Below, piece after piece: positions 54,308 to 62,426 of a stretch of DNA of 64,000 nucleotides. The stretch lies in contig DAOULF010000259.1 of assembly GCA_034420555.1 (NCBI GenBank), forward strand, positions 13,444 through 77,443. Reading direction: 5' to 3'. The position numbers and the translations under genes were made by a program. The first letter of the stretch is position 1. The number at the start of each line of letters is the position of its first letter. Source of the stretch: Dehalococcoidia bacterium. GTDB lineage: Bacteria > Chloroflexota > Dehalococcoidia > Lucifugimonadales > UBA1123. The notes beneath the pieces are model-generated. The model worked only from the letters and a program-made list of their open reading frames with translations, was not told where the DNA came from and searched no databases.

Positions 54308-55678
54308 ATGAATCGTGCCCTTGAAGAGGTAATCGTGGTTACTAAAGAAGACTCCCGCGTGGATCTGGACAAGCTGGCTTCCCTGTGCAAGCGCAGAGGC
54401 TTCATATTCCAGAGCAGCGAGATATATGGCGGACTCGCAAGCACCTGGGACTACGGTCCCCTGGGAGTAGAACTCAAGAATAATGTCAAGAACTCCTGGT
54501 GGCGGACTTTCGTCTGGAGCCGCGACGACATCGTGGGCCTGGACGCCTCTATCCTCATGCACCCGGACGTATGGCGCGCCAGCGGACACGTCGGCAGCTT
54601 CACCGACCCCCTCGTGGAATGTCTGGAATGTCATCGGCGCTTCAGGGAAGACCATCTGGAAGGCCCGAATTGCCCCGACTGCGGCGGCGAATTCACCGAA
54701 GCGCGGCAGTTCAACCTCATGTTCAAGACCTTCATAGGCCCGGTGGAAGACCAGGCCTCCGAGGCGTTTCTGCGCCCGGAGACTGCCCAGGGAATCTTCG
54801 TGAATTTCGAGAACGTTCTGAATGCGACCCGCAAGCGTCTGCCGTTCGGCATCGCCCAGATTGGCAAGGCATTCAGAAACGAGATTACGACCGGCAACTT
54901 CATCTTCCGCACCCGCGAGTTCGAGGCCATGGAGATAGAGTATTTCGTAATGCCCGGCGAGGATGAAGAGGCCCATGAAAGGTGGATAGAAGACTGCGTG
55001 GGCTGGTACACGGATCTTGGAGTAAACCCGGACCGGATTCGTGTAAGGCCGCACGACGCCGACGAGCTTTCACACTACTCCAAGGCGACTCACGACCTGG
55101 AGTACCTCTACCCCTGGGGCTGGGGAGAAATACAGGGTGTCGCCAACCGGACGGACTACGACCTGAAGGCGCACGCCGAGGCCAGCGGCCAGAACCTTAC
55201 CTACTTCGACCAGGAAAGCGGCCAGCGCATCGTGCCATACGTCATAGAGCCTGCCGCCGGTGTTGACCGCTCCGTAATGACCTTCCTCGTGGACGCCTAC
55301 ACCGAAGAGGAGGTCTCCACGCCATCGGGCAAGACCGAGACCCGCGTTCTGCTCAAGCTGCACCCTGAACTCGCGCCCGTGAAGGTCGCCATCCTGCCGC
55401 TGTCCAGAAACGCGCGCCTCGCTCCGACCGCCCGCGAAGTATTCGAGACTGTCCAGAGGTCCGGCCTGATTCCCGGATTCGTCCAGTACGACGACACCCA
55501 GAGCATCGGCAGGCGATACCGTCGCCAGGACGAGATCGGAACGCCCCTGTGCGTAACCGTGGATTTCGATACGCTGGACGACAACGCCGTAACCATCCGG
55601 TATCGCGATACAATGGAACAGATACGTGTGCCAATCTCGGAACTCGTGCAGCGCCTTGCTCAGGACTTGGGCGCCTAG
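54308..55678 (+). CDS. glyQS: glycine--tRNA ligase (dimeric class II type)
   Basis: It has RRGFIFQSSEIYGGLASTWDYGPLGVELKNN, FRNEITTGNFIFRTREFEAMEIEYF and a C-terminal anticodon-binding domain. Confidence 0.95.
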   Translation: MNRALEEVIVVTKEDSRVDLDKLASLCKRRGFIFQSSEIYGGLASTWDYGPLGVELKNNVKNSWWRTFVWSRDDIVGLDASILMHPDVWRASGHVGSFTDPLVECLECHRRFREDHLEGPNCPDCGGEFTEARQFNLMFKTFIGPVEDQASEAFLRPETAQGIFVNFENVLNATRKRLPFGIAQIGKAFRNEITTGNFIFRTREFEAMEIEYFVMPGEDEEAHERWIEDCVGWYTDLGVNPDRIRVRPHDADELSHYSKATHDLEYLYPWGWGEIQGVANRTDYDLKAHAEASGQNLTYFDQESGQRIVPYVIEPAAGVDRSVMTFLVDAYTEEEVSTPSGKTETRVLLKLHPELAPVKVAILPLSRNARLAPTAREVFETVQRSGLIPGFVQYDDTQSIGRRYRRQDEIGTPLCVTVDFDTLDDNAVTIRYRDTMEQIRVPISELVQRLAQDLGA

Positions 55679-55779
55679 TACCAGAACCACATGAATATGT
55701 CATACTCCAGTAGCTAACCGTCATTCCCGCGAAAGCGGGAATCCAGGGGTGGGGTCAGGCTTACAACCGGCAAAACTAG
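55675..55779. repeat. miniature repeat family C, copy 2, CTAG-bounded
   Basis: It aligns with 26019..26124. Its left CTAG contains the glyQS TAG stop. The hairpin loop is GAAA here and TTTC in copy 1. Confidence 0.75.
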
Positions 55780-55839
55780 CGGGACGCCATACTAGCTCAA
55801 TATTGTATATCCCCCAATCACACAAATCACAGTTCGGAC

Positions 55840-57075
55840 ATGAAGATACTGCATTATGCCGACGTTCATATCGGCGTGGAAAACTACTCTCGAACGGACC
55901 CGGATACCGGCCTCTCCACCAGGCTTCAGGACTTCCTGGAGACGTTCGACGAGCTTGTGGACTACGCGATAGGCTCGGACATACACCTGGCGCTGTTCTG
56001 CGGCGACGCCTACAAGAGCCGCGACCCCTCCCAGACCCAACAGCGCGAATTCGCAAAGCGCATAGTCCGCCTCTCGGACGCCGGCATCCCCTCCTTCCTG
56101 CTGATCGGAAACCACGACACTCCCCACGTACAGGGGCGCGCCACTTCGCTGGACATCTACCGAACTCTGCCCACGCCCAGGGTGACCATAGGGGACAATG
56201 CTGCGACCTATATCATCGAGACTGCCGTCGGCCCTGTTCAGATAGTCGCCGCGCCATGGATCCGTCGGAGCCAGTTTCTAGCAAGAGAGGAAATGCGCGG
56301 TCTCTCGACCTTCGAGATCAACGAGAAGATCAGCGACACTCTCACCAACATAATCCAGGTTCAGGCGGAGAAACTGGACCCCGATGTACCAGCCATTCTC
56401 TCGGGACACGTAACCGTCAACGACGCAAGAACAAGCTCCGAACAGTCCATGATGCTGGGCAGCGACCACGTTCTGCTGAGAAGTTCGGTCGCCCTGCCCC
56501 AGTTCGACTACGTGGCGCTAGGCCACATACACAAGCACCAGGTCATCGGACAGAACCCGCACGTAGTTTACTCCGGGAGTCTTCAGCGGATTGACTTCGG
56601 GGAGGAAAATGACGATAAGGGCTTCTGCGTCATAGAACTGGACTCGGCCAGGCCGCAGGGTAGTCGAATGTCCGACTTCCACTTCCAGACTGTCAATGCC
56701 CGGCGGTTTCTCACGATTGACGTAAAGCTCGGCGCAGACGACCCATCACCGAACCAGACTGTCGCCGACCGCGTAGGTCGCCACGCCACGAGGGACGCCA
56801 TCGTCAAGCTCAACATCGAGATGCCCGCAAACATCGAACCCCTGCTGTCCGACTCAGAGATTCGGGCCTCCCTGTCGGACGCGCACTACGTGGCTTCCAT
56901 ATCGAGACAGATTACCGAGCGTCCCCGCACCAGGCTGGACGGGACATACTCCGAGGGACTAACCTCGTCGCAGCTTCTCGAACGCTACCTCGACTCCCGC
57001 GACACTCCGCCCGACCGCTCCAAAGAACTGATGGAACGAGGAGCCCAGCTAATTGCGGAGCGCAACGCCGACTGA
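55840..57075 (+). CDS. sbcD: SbcD/Mre11-type DNA repair exonuclease
   Basis: It has the calcineurin-like motifs MKILHYADVHIG, CGDAYK and IGNHD, plus GHVT. Confidence 0.85.
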   Translation: MKILHYADVHIGVENYSRTDPDTGLSTRLQDFLETFDELVDYAIGSDIHLALFCGDAYKSRDPSQTQQREFAKRIVRLSDAGIPSFLLIGNHDTPHVQGRATSLDIYRTLPTPRVTIGDNAATYIIETAVGPVQIVAAPWIRRSQFLAREEMRGLSTFEINEKISDTLTNIIQVQAEKLDPDVPAILSGHVTVNDARTSSEQSMMLGSDHVLLRSSVALPQFDYVALGHIHKHQVIGQNPHVVYSGSLQRIDFGEENDDKGFCVIELDSARPQGSRMSDFHFQTVNARRFLTIDVKLGADDPSPNQTVADRVGRHATRDAIVKLNIEMPANIEPLLSDSEIRASLSDAHYVASISRQITERPRTRLDGTYSEGLTSSQLLERYLDSRDTPPDRSKELMERGAQLIAERNAD

Positions 57076-57126
57076 ATCTATCCAACACTCTGATTCATCT
57101 AATAGGCTGACCGGGAAACGCCACAA

Positions 57127-57154
57127 TCCTGTAAATCCTGATTCAGATAGAGTG
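57127..57154 (+). promoter_or_regulatory. conserved 28-nt upstream motif, copy 1 (TCCTGTAAATCCTGATTCAGATAGAGTG)
   Basis: It matches 57915..57943 at 24 of 28 positions. It ends 4 nt before the thioredoxin-like gene ATG. Confidence 0.3.
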
Positions 57155-57158
57155 AAAC

Positions 57159-57716
57159 ATGAAGCTACCATCTTGCACATCCACCCGCTCATTCCTGATA
57201 CTGGGTCTTCTTGCGGCCCTGGCTCTGATTGTTATAGCCTGCGGCAGCGACGCTGATGACGGCGGTAGCAACGCCAACCGCGCCGCCGACTTCGAGCTCA
57301 CCCTCTACGCCAACGCCGAACACGAAGCCGGGGACACGATCAAGCTGTCCCAGTTCGACGGCGAGCCCGTCGTGCTGAATTTCTGGTTCCCCTCATGTCC
57401 TCCCTGTGTCGCCGAGATGCCCGACTTCGAGCAGGCGTACCAGAAGTACAAGGGCGACGGTCTGAGAATGATCGGCGTGCAACTCCTGGGCCTGGATACT
57501 GCCGAAGACGGTCAGAAATTCGTGCAGGACCTGAACGTGAACTATATGCTGGGTCCCGACCGCCAGGGCGACAGTTCCGGCGAGATTCTCAAGAACTACC
57601 AGATCCAGGGCTTCCCTACCACGATATTCATAGACAAAGACCAGAACATCGTCAGGACATGGTCCGGCGCCCTGAACCTGGAAAAGCTCGAAGAACTGAT
57701 CCAGGAAATACTCTAG
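57159..57716 (+). CDS. TlpA/ResA-like thiol-disulfide oxidoreductase lipoprotein
   Basis: It has the lipobox LIVIACGS and the thioredoxin fold motif WFPSCPPC. Confidence 0.85.
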   Translation: MKLPSCTSTRSFLILGLLAALALIVIACGSDADDGGSNANRAADFELTLYANAEHEAGDTIKLSQFDGEPVVLNFWFPSCPPCVAEMPDFEQAYQKYKGDGLRMIGVQLLGLDTAEDGQKFVQDLNVNYMLGPDRQGDSSGEILKNYQIQGFPTTIFIDKDQNIVRTWSGALNLEKLEELIQEIL

Positions 57717-57842
57717 GCCGTGTTGACATTTCTCGTCATTCCCGTGAAAACGGGAATCTAGGGGTGCGGGGTGTAGCTATCTTCCCTACCTACCGCAATA
57801 CCTTGAAGGCAGGGAGAACCATAGAATGTCAACAGAACCTAG
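57713..57842. repeat. MITE-like repeat family B, copy 1, with terminal inverted repeats
   Basis: The left end is CTAGGCCGTGTTGACATT. The reverse complement of the right end is CTAGGTTCTGTTGACATT (15 of 18 match). It contains the hairpin CATTCCCGTGAAAACGGGAATC. Its left CTAG holds the TAG stop of the upstream gene. Confidence 0.75.
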
Positions 57843-57914
57843 CTTCGCCGGTCTGCGTGAAGGCCAATCACCGAATCATCTCCGGCGCGGGATTGCATCC
57901 TGTTTATCCTCAAG

Positions 57915-57943
57915 TCCTGTGAATCCTGATTCCGACAGTGGTG
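57915..57943 (+). promoter_or_regulatory. conserved upstream motif, copy 2 (TCCTGTGAATCCTGATTCCGACAGTGGTG)
   Basis: See 57127..57154. It lies 33 nt upstream of the membrane protein ATG. Confidence 0.3.
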
Positions 57944-57976
57944 TACAATAGCCTCGTAAATTCTCGGAGACCCTGA

Positions 57977-58474
57977 ATGACCGGCGGCGACCTCTTTCTG
58001 GTGGTAGTCAGATGGATTCACGTCGTCGCGGCGGCGGCGTGGGTGGGCGGAAGCATTTTCTATCTCTTCGTTCTCAGGCCCGCGCTGCGCCGTTCTCCTG
58101 AAGCCGGACGCAGGATCAACGAAGCGACCGCCGCCGAGTTCGGAACGCTTGTGGACACCTGTATCTTCATGATACTGGCCACCGGCGTCATCCTCACCTT
58201 CAACCGTCTGACCGTCGGAGTAACCGGCCCGTCCTACGGGTTAGTTCTGGTCGCCAAGATCGCGCTCAGTGTGTGGATGTTCATTCTCGCCCGCGGCAGA
58301 CGACGGCGCACGGCCCTTCTGGATATGTACCGACAGAATCCTGACCCACCGTCGGGCAGGTTCAGGAAGTTTTTCAGCGCCCTGTCAGGCTACAATACGA
58401 TAGCCATTCTGGGCGTGATAGTATTACTGCTGGCCGACCTGCTCAACACTCTTTACGAGGTCGCCATCCGCTGA
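57977..58474 (+). CDS. integral membrane protein (4 TM, CopD-like topology)
   Basis: It has four hydrophobic segments and the N-terminus VVVRWIHVVAAAAWVGGSIFYLFVLRP, reminiscent of CopD/DUF4149-type proteins. The assignment is weak. Confidence 0.45.
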   Translation: MTGGDLFLVVVRWIHVVAAAAWVGGSIFYLFVLRPALRRSPEAGRRINEATAAEFGTLVDTCIFMILATGVILTFNRLTVGVTGPSYGLVLVAKIALSVWMFILARGRRRRTALLDMYRQNPDPPSGRFRKFFSALSGYNTIAILGVIVLLLADLLNTLYEVAIR

Positions 58475-58530
58475 GCGGTTGCGTCGCTGACACATCCCGA
58501 CACACTTGCTGAGAGGTGAGTATCTTGAAG

Positions 58531-58707
58531 ATGGAACTTATGGAGATCCTGGTCTGCCCTATGTGCAGGAGCGAACTCGATCTCAGTATCACGGAGCAGA
58601 AAGGGGACGAGATCGTGGAGGGCGTCCTCACCTGCGCCGCGTGCGACGAAATCTACCCTATTACGAATACCATACCCAATATGCTGCCCCCTTCACTAAG
58701 GGACTAA
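58531..58707 (+). CDS. Trm112 family (UPF0434) zinc-ribbon protein
   Basis: It has LVCPMCRSEL ... LTCAACDEIYPITNTIPNML. GAGAGGTGAG lies upstream of the ATG at 58531. Confidence 0.75.
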   Translation: MELMEILVCPMCRSELDLSITEQKGDEIVEGVLTCAACDEIYPITNTIPNMLPPSLRD

Positions 58708-58728
58708 TAGGCATCCAGAGAGGCTGAT

Positions 58729-59418
58729 TTGATACACAAAGATTTCAGATGCGAATTCTACTTCATACGACATGGCGAGTCGGAATCGAACGCCACGCCC
58801 GGTTTCGCGGCGGGGAAGAACTATGACTCCGCGCTCACCGACGAGGGTGTCCGGCAAGCCAAACTGCTCGGACAGCGCTTCAAGCGAGAAGGCGTAAGGT
58901 TCGACCGTGTTTACAGTTCGAGCCTGGAGCGGGCGAAGAAGACCGCGCGGTATATGCTCGATGAGATGGGCGAGCATGACCGCTCAGTTCCGGCTGTGGA
59001 CGATCTGGTGGAGCAGAAAGCGATGGGCTGGCGCGGAGTCCCGGTGGAGGAGGTGTTCACTCCCGAGAACATTGCCTACATCATGAGCAAGGGTCCCGAC
59101 TTCATACCCCCACAGGGAGAGTCTCTGAGGATGGTGAGGCGGCGCGTGTCGGGCTGGGTGGAGTCGGAGATCATCTACAACAAGGAAGTCGTATCCAATC
59201 ACAAGGAACTGACTATCGCGGTCGTCGGGCACGGGACGGCGTCGCGCTGCCTGTTCCAGTACATAATGGGCTTCAACGACACCCTGCTATGGAGAGTCGC
59301 GCTGGACAACACCTCCATCTCGCGGTTCGTATTCGACCGGAATGGCTGGTCAGTCGTGCGGCTCAATGATGCCTCCCATCTGACCGAAGAAGCCGTGAGT
59401 TTCGATGCCCGCGCCTAG
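58729..59418 (+). CDS. histidine phosphatase (phosphoglycerate mutase-like) family protein
   Basis: It has the FYFIRHGESESN catalytic RHG motif and VVGHG. The start is a TTG. Confidence 0.85.
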   Translation: MIHKDFRCEFYFIRHGESESNATPGFAAGKNYDSALTDEGVRQAKLLGQRFKREGVRFDRVYSSSLERAKKTARYMLDEMGEHDRSVPAVDDLVEQKAMGWRGVPVEEVFTPENIAYIMSKGPDFIPPQGESLRMVRRRVSGWVESEIIYNKEVVSNHKELTIAVVGHGTASRCLFQYIMGFNDTLLWRVALDNTSISRFVFDRNGWSVVRLNDASHLTEEAVSFDARA

Positions 59419-59459
59419 ACCTGAATCCGCGCGTCGCTATCGGTAGAGAGAACTACTGT

Positions 59460-59609
59460 CTAGGCCGTGTTGACATTTATCGTCATTCCCGCGAAAGCGG
59501 GAACCCCGAAGGGCTCGCCGCTCGGCAATCCAGGGGTGGACGGGTAGCCGATTTTGTTGCTACGACGACCATCTGTATTGCTGAAACATCAAATGTCAAC
59601 AGAACCTAG
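59460..59609. repeat. MITE-like repeat family B, copy 2
   Basis: It has the same terminal inverted repeats as 57713..57842. Its internal part shares about 57 nt with 24071..24127. Its right CTAG contains the stop (59606-59608, minus strand) of the PspAA-like gene. Confidence 0.75.
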
Positions 59610-59884
59610 TCCGGCACCAGGCCCTCGCCCACAAACAGTTCCTCCGCCTCTTTCAGCGTGATGTCCGGCTCGGGCAGCACCAGGTCGGACTCGACCAGTT
59701 CGTCCAGCGGAACCGGCGTCCCTTTTTCTCGCACGAGATCGAGGAGCGCCGCCAGCGCCGGACCAAAATTCTCCTGGTCGTCCCGCTCCACCACTTCGAC
59801 AAGTTTGTTGTCCAGTTCGTTCAATTCGTCAATGAATGCGCCGGGTAGGTTGAACTGGCCTTCGGTCAGTATTCTTACTATCAT
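59606..59884 (-). CDS. PspA-associated small acidic protein (PspAA-like)
   Basis: It lies immediately downstream of pspA. MIVRILTEGQFNLP..LNELDNKLVE is as I recall for PspAA. The longest ORF starts at 59905. Confidence 0.5.
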   Translation of the reverse strand: MIVRILTEGQFNLPGAFIDELNELDNKLVEVVERDDQENFGPALAALLDLVREKGTPVPLDELVESDLVLPEPDITLKEAEELFVGEGLVPD

Positions 59885-59914
59885 CGGATTTATCTCATTC
59901 TCCAAGGACGCGCT

Positions 59915-60649
59915 TCAGCTGCCCGGAAGCGCCCTCTTTTGACTTGAAGCGGGCAAGCTGGTCCTGAGCGCCGCCAGTTCGTCTTCGACATTCTGCTCGG
60001 CGGTCAACTGCGCCAGCTCCCGGCTCAGTACGTCGCCCCCGCCCGGAGTCAGCTGATCGTCCAGGACGCCGGATTCGGCCAGTTCGTCAATCGCGCCGGC
60101 CTTGGCGCGCAGGTTTTCGGTCTTGTCCTCGGCGCGTTCCACCGCGAGTTGAACGTCTCCCATCTCCTCAGATATGCCCGAGAGAGCGGAGCCAATCCTC
60201 ACCTGCGCCTGCGCCGCGCTGTACTGCGCCTTGATTATCTCCTTGCGGGAGCGGAAGGACTCCACCTTAGCAGTCAGACGCTGCTCTGCGCGAGTCAGCT
60301 TCTCCTGTTCCAGTTCGAGCTGGGCTACCTGTTCGTCCAGCCCTTCCAGTTCGATTAAGGCAGTCTGTTTTCTCTGGAGCGCCACGCGAGCCAGGTCTTC
60401 CCTGCCCGCCGCCATAGCCTGGCGCGCCTGATTCTCCACGTTCACGATGCTCGCCCTGACCTTCTCGGCCTGGAGCTGGAGCCTGCGCTTGGTGGTGACC
60501 ATCTCGACTATGCCGCGCTTGACGTTCTGAAGCATCTCGCGCTGTTTCTCGTATGCGTAGTCCAGGTTCTCGGCGGGATTCTCCGCGTCATCCACCAGCC
60601 TGTTGATCTTGGCTTTGACTACCGTTGATATTCGGGACATGAGGCCCAT
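59915..60649 (-). CDS. pspA: PspA/IM30 family protein
   Basis: It has MGLMSRISTVVKAKINRLVDDAENPAENLDYAYEKQREMLQ and a long coiled coil. Confidence 0.9.
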   Translation of the reverse strand: MGLMSRISTVVKAKINRLVDDAENPAENLDYAYEKQREMLQNVKRGIVEMVTTKRRLQLQAEKVRASIVNVENQARQAMAAGREDLARVALQRKQTALIELEGLDEQVAQLELEQEKLTRAEQRLTAKVESFRSRKEIIKAQYSAAQAQVRIGSALSGISEEMGDVQLAVERAEDKTENLRAKAGAIDELAESGVLDDQLTPGGGDVLSRELAQLTAEQNVEDELAALRTSLPASSQKRALPGS

Positions 60650-60703
60650 TTTCCCAACTCCCTAATAGTTCATTCTGATCCGTCATTCAATCTGGAATGT
60701 ATT

Positions 60704-60895
60704 TCAGAAATCGGAGGACTTCCTGCCGGTGAATATCGAGATGATCCCGACGACCACAATCACGATTCCGAGAATAATCAGGATTAGTCCAGTGATGTCT
60801 ATCAGCCACTGTATGATGCCCAATCTGAAGACGAGGCCCAGTAGCACCAGGACGGCCCCGAGCACCAGCAGGCCAAAACCGCTCAGCTTAGTCAT
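60704..60895 (-). CDS. small two-TM membrane protein upstream of pspA
   Basis: It is 63 aa with two hydrophobic helices and lies in the same orientation, 54 nt from pspA. Confidence 0.5.
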   Translation of the reverse strand: MTKLSGFGLLVLGAVLVLLGLVFRLGIIQWLIDITGLILIILGIVIVVVGIISIFTGRKSSDF

Positions 60896-61327
60896 TGTTT
60901 GTACCTTCCATTTTGCTGCGCGCCGAAGCGGGCTTTCCCTGCCTCGACGATACTCGTCTCAATCTTAACCCAATATGGACGGCGATAAAAGTCAAACGAT
61001 TGCCTCTACCAAGACCTTTTCCAAATCGGTGGCCGAATTGGTAGTGAACAATATACATATATTCCGGTTTATGAATACGTTGGGTTGAACAAGGCGCTTA
61101 ACTGGAGTTGAACAGGGTCCGGCTGGGGCAATTTTCGTCCTGTGTTGCCCAGAGTTTTCCCAGCGTTGAAGCTACGGGAAGAGAAACTCCGTGTCCTCCA
61201 TGCCTACGTCATAAATTCCTGCTTATATATATGTTCTGATTTCATGCGGTCATTGTAGCATAGAGTGGAGTGGTAGTGTAGTCGCGGTAGAAACCCGAAC
61301 CTGTATCAGCTTGGTCGGTAGGGGAGT

Positions 61328-61368
61328 CACCCCCATCCTAACCTTCCCCCATCAAGGGGGAAGGGAAT
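61328..61368 (-). repeat. family A hairpin repeat, inverted orientation, with compensatory stem changes
   Basis: CACCCCCATCCTAACCTTCCCCC-ATCAA-GGGGGAAGGGAAT aligns with the reverse complement of 14236..14270 (CCCTCTCCC/GGGAGAGGG becomes CCTTCCCCC/GGGGGAAGG). Confidence 0.65.
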
Positions 61369-61549
61369 TTTCTCGCCACTGGCAGAGCCGACTAAATTGG
61401 TACAGTATCTATAAACCCTTTGAGAAGGCACTCCTGCCTCCACAGGACAATCTCATCCAGATTTCAGCGGATTCCGTGACCATACTGACAACCCACGGCC
61501 AAACACTATAAACTAACCTCCAGGAATCAAAGGGGAACGGAGCGCCGAC

Positions 61550-62377
61550 ATGACCACGCTGCACACCCAGACAGATAGACCGCCGACCCCCAACGACGGC
61601 GTATATTATCCCGAATCAGACGGTGAACCAGTGGCTGAAACCCCATCTCACTATTTCCCGGCAACCTATGCTACTTGGGCGCTATTCGCGCACTTCGAGG
61701 AGCGTCCCGACGTCTATGTCGGCGGAGATATGTTCATCTACTTCCGGGAGGGAGACCCTTCCGGCAGCGTCGCTCCGGACGTGTTCGCCATACCCAACCT
61801 GGACAAGCGGCTTCGCTCTTCCTACTTCATGTGGCTGGAGGGAGAAGCTCCAATGTTCATAATGGAGGTGACCTCCAACGGCACGTGGCGAGAGGATGTC
61901 GGACGCAAGCGCAATCTCTACGAGAGTTGGGGCGTTGAGGAATACTGGATGTACGACCCAACCCAGGAAACCCGGCTCGACCCGCTGCTTCAGGGCTTTC
62001 GACTGGTTGACGGGGCATACGAGCCAATCGAGATCGAGGTTGACCCGGACAGCGGCGTATGCAGGGGGTTCAGTTCGGTACTGAACCTCGAACTGCACGG
62101 CAGGAAGGACTGGTTCAGATTCTTCAACCCCTCCACCGGCGAGTACATAGACAATCTCAGCGAGTCCCTAGCCGCCCGCAGGAAGGCACAGGCAGAACGA
62201 GTGAGAGCCGAGGAGGAGCGCGACAGCGAGTTCGTCGCCAGAATAGCCGCTGAGCAAGAGCGCGACAGCCAACGCGAAGCGCGGGTCAGGGCGGGGCGGG
62301 AGAGAGACGACGAGCGCGCCAGGCTCCGAGAGATGGAGCGCTTGCTGCGCGAACACGGCATCGAGCCGCCGAGCTAA
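61550..62377 (+). CDS. Uma2 family (DUF820) endonuclease with charged C-terminal tail
   Basis: It has YYPESDGEPVAET, DVFA and FIMEVTSNGTWREDVGRKRNLYESWGVEEYWMYDP (a PD-(D/E)xK-like core). The tail is rich in ERD repeats. Confidence 0.85.
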   Translation: MTTLHTQTDRPPTPNDGVYYPESDGEPVAETPSHYFPATYATWALFAHFEERPDVYVGGDMFIYFREGDPSGSVAPDVFAIPNLDKRLRSSYFMWLEGEAPMFIMEVTSNGTWREDVGRKRNLYESWGVEEYWMYDPTQETRLDPLLQGFRLVDGAYEPIEIEVDPDSGVCRGFSSVLNLELHGRKDWFRFFNPSTGEYIDNLSESLAARRKAQAERVRAEEERDSEFVARIAAEQERDSQREARVRAGRERDDERARLREMERLLREHGIEPPS

Positions 62378-62426
62378 CATCGGCCCGGAACGATTTGCAG
62401 ACACAAAGCAATTTGAGGAGAGAACT

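Noticed and set aside
61084-61117. Direct repeat GTTGAACA(A/G)GG x2 (spacing 23 nt) upstream of the psp and Uma2 genes as a regulator site
   Set aside because: The repeat is short, occurs only once, and resembles the terminal motif of the miniature repeats (ATGTTGAAC). It may be a repeat remnant, and the evidence is insufficient.
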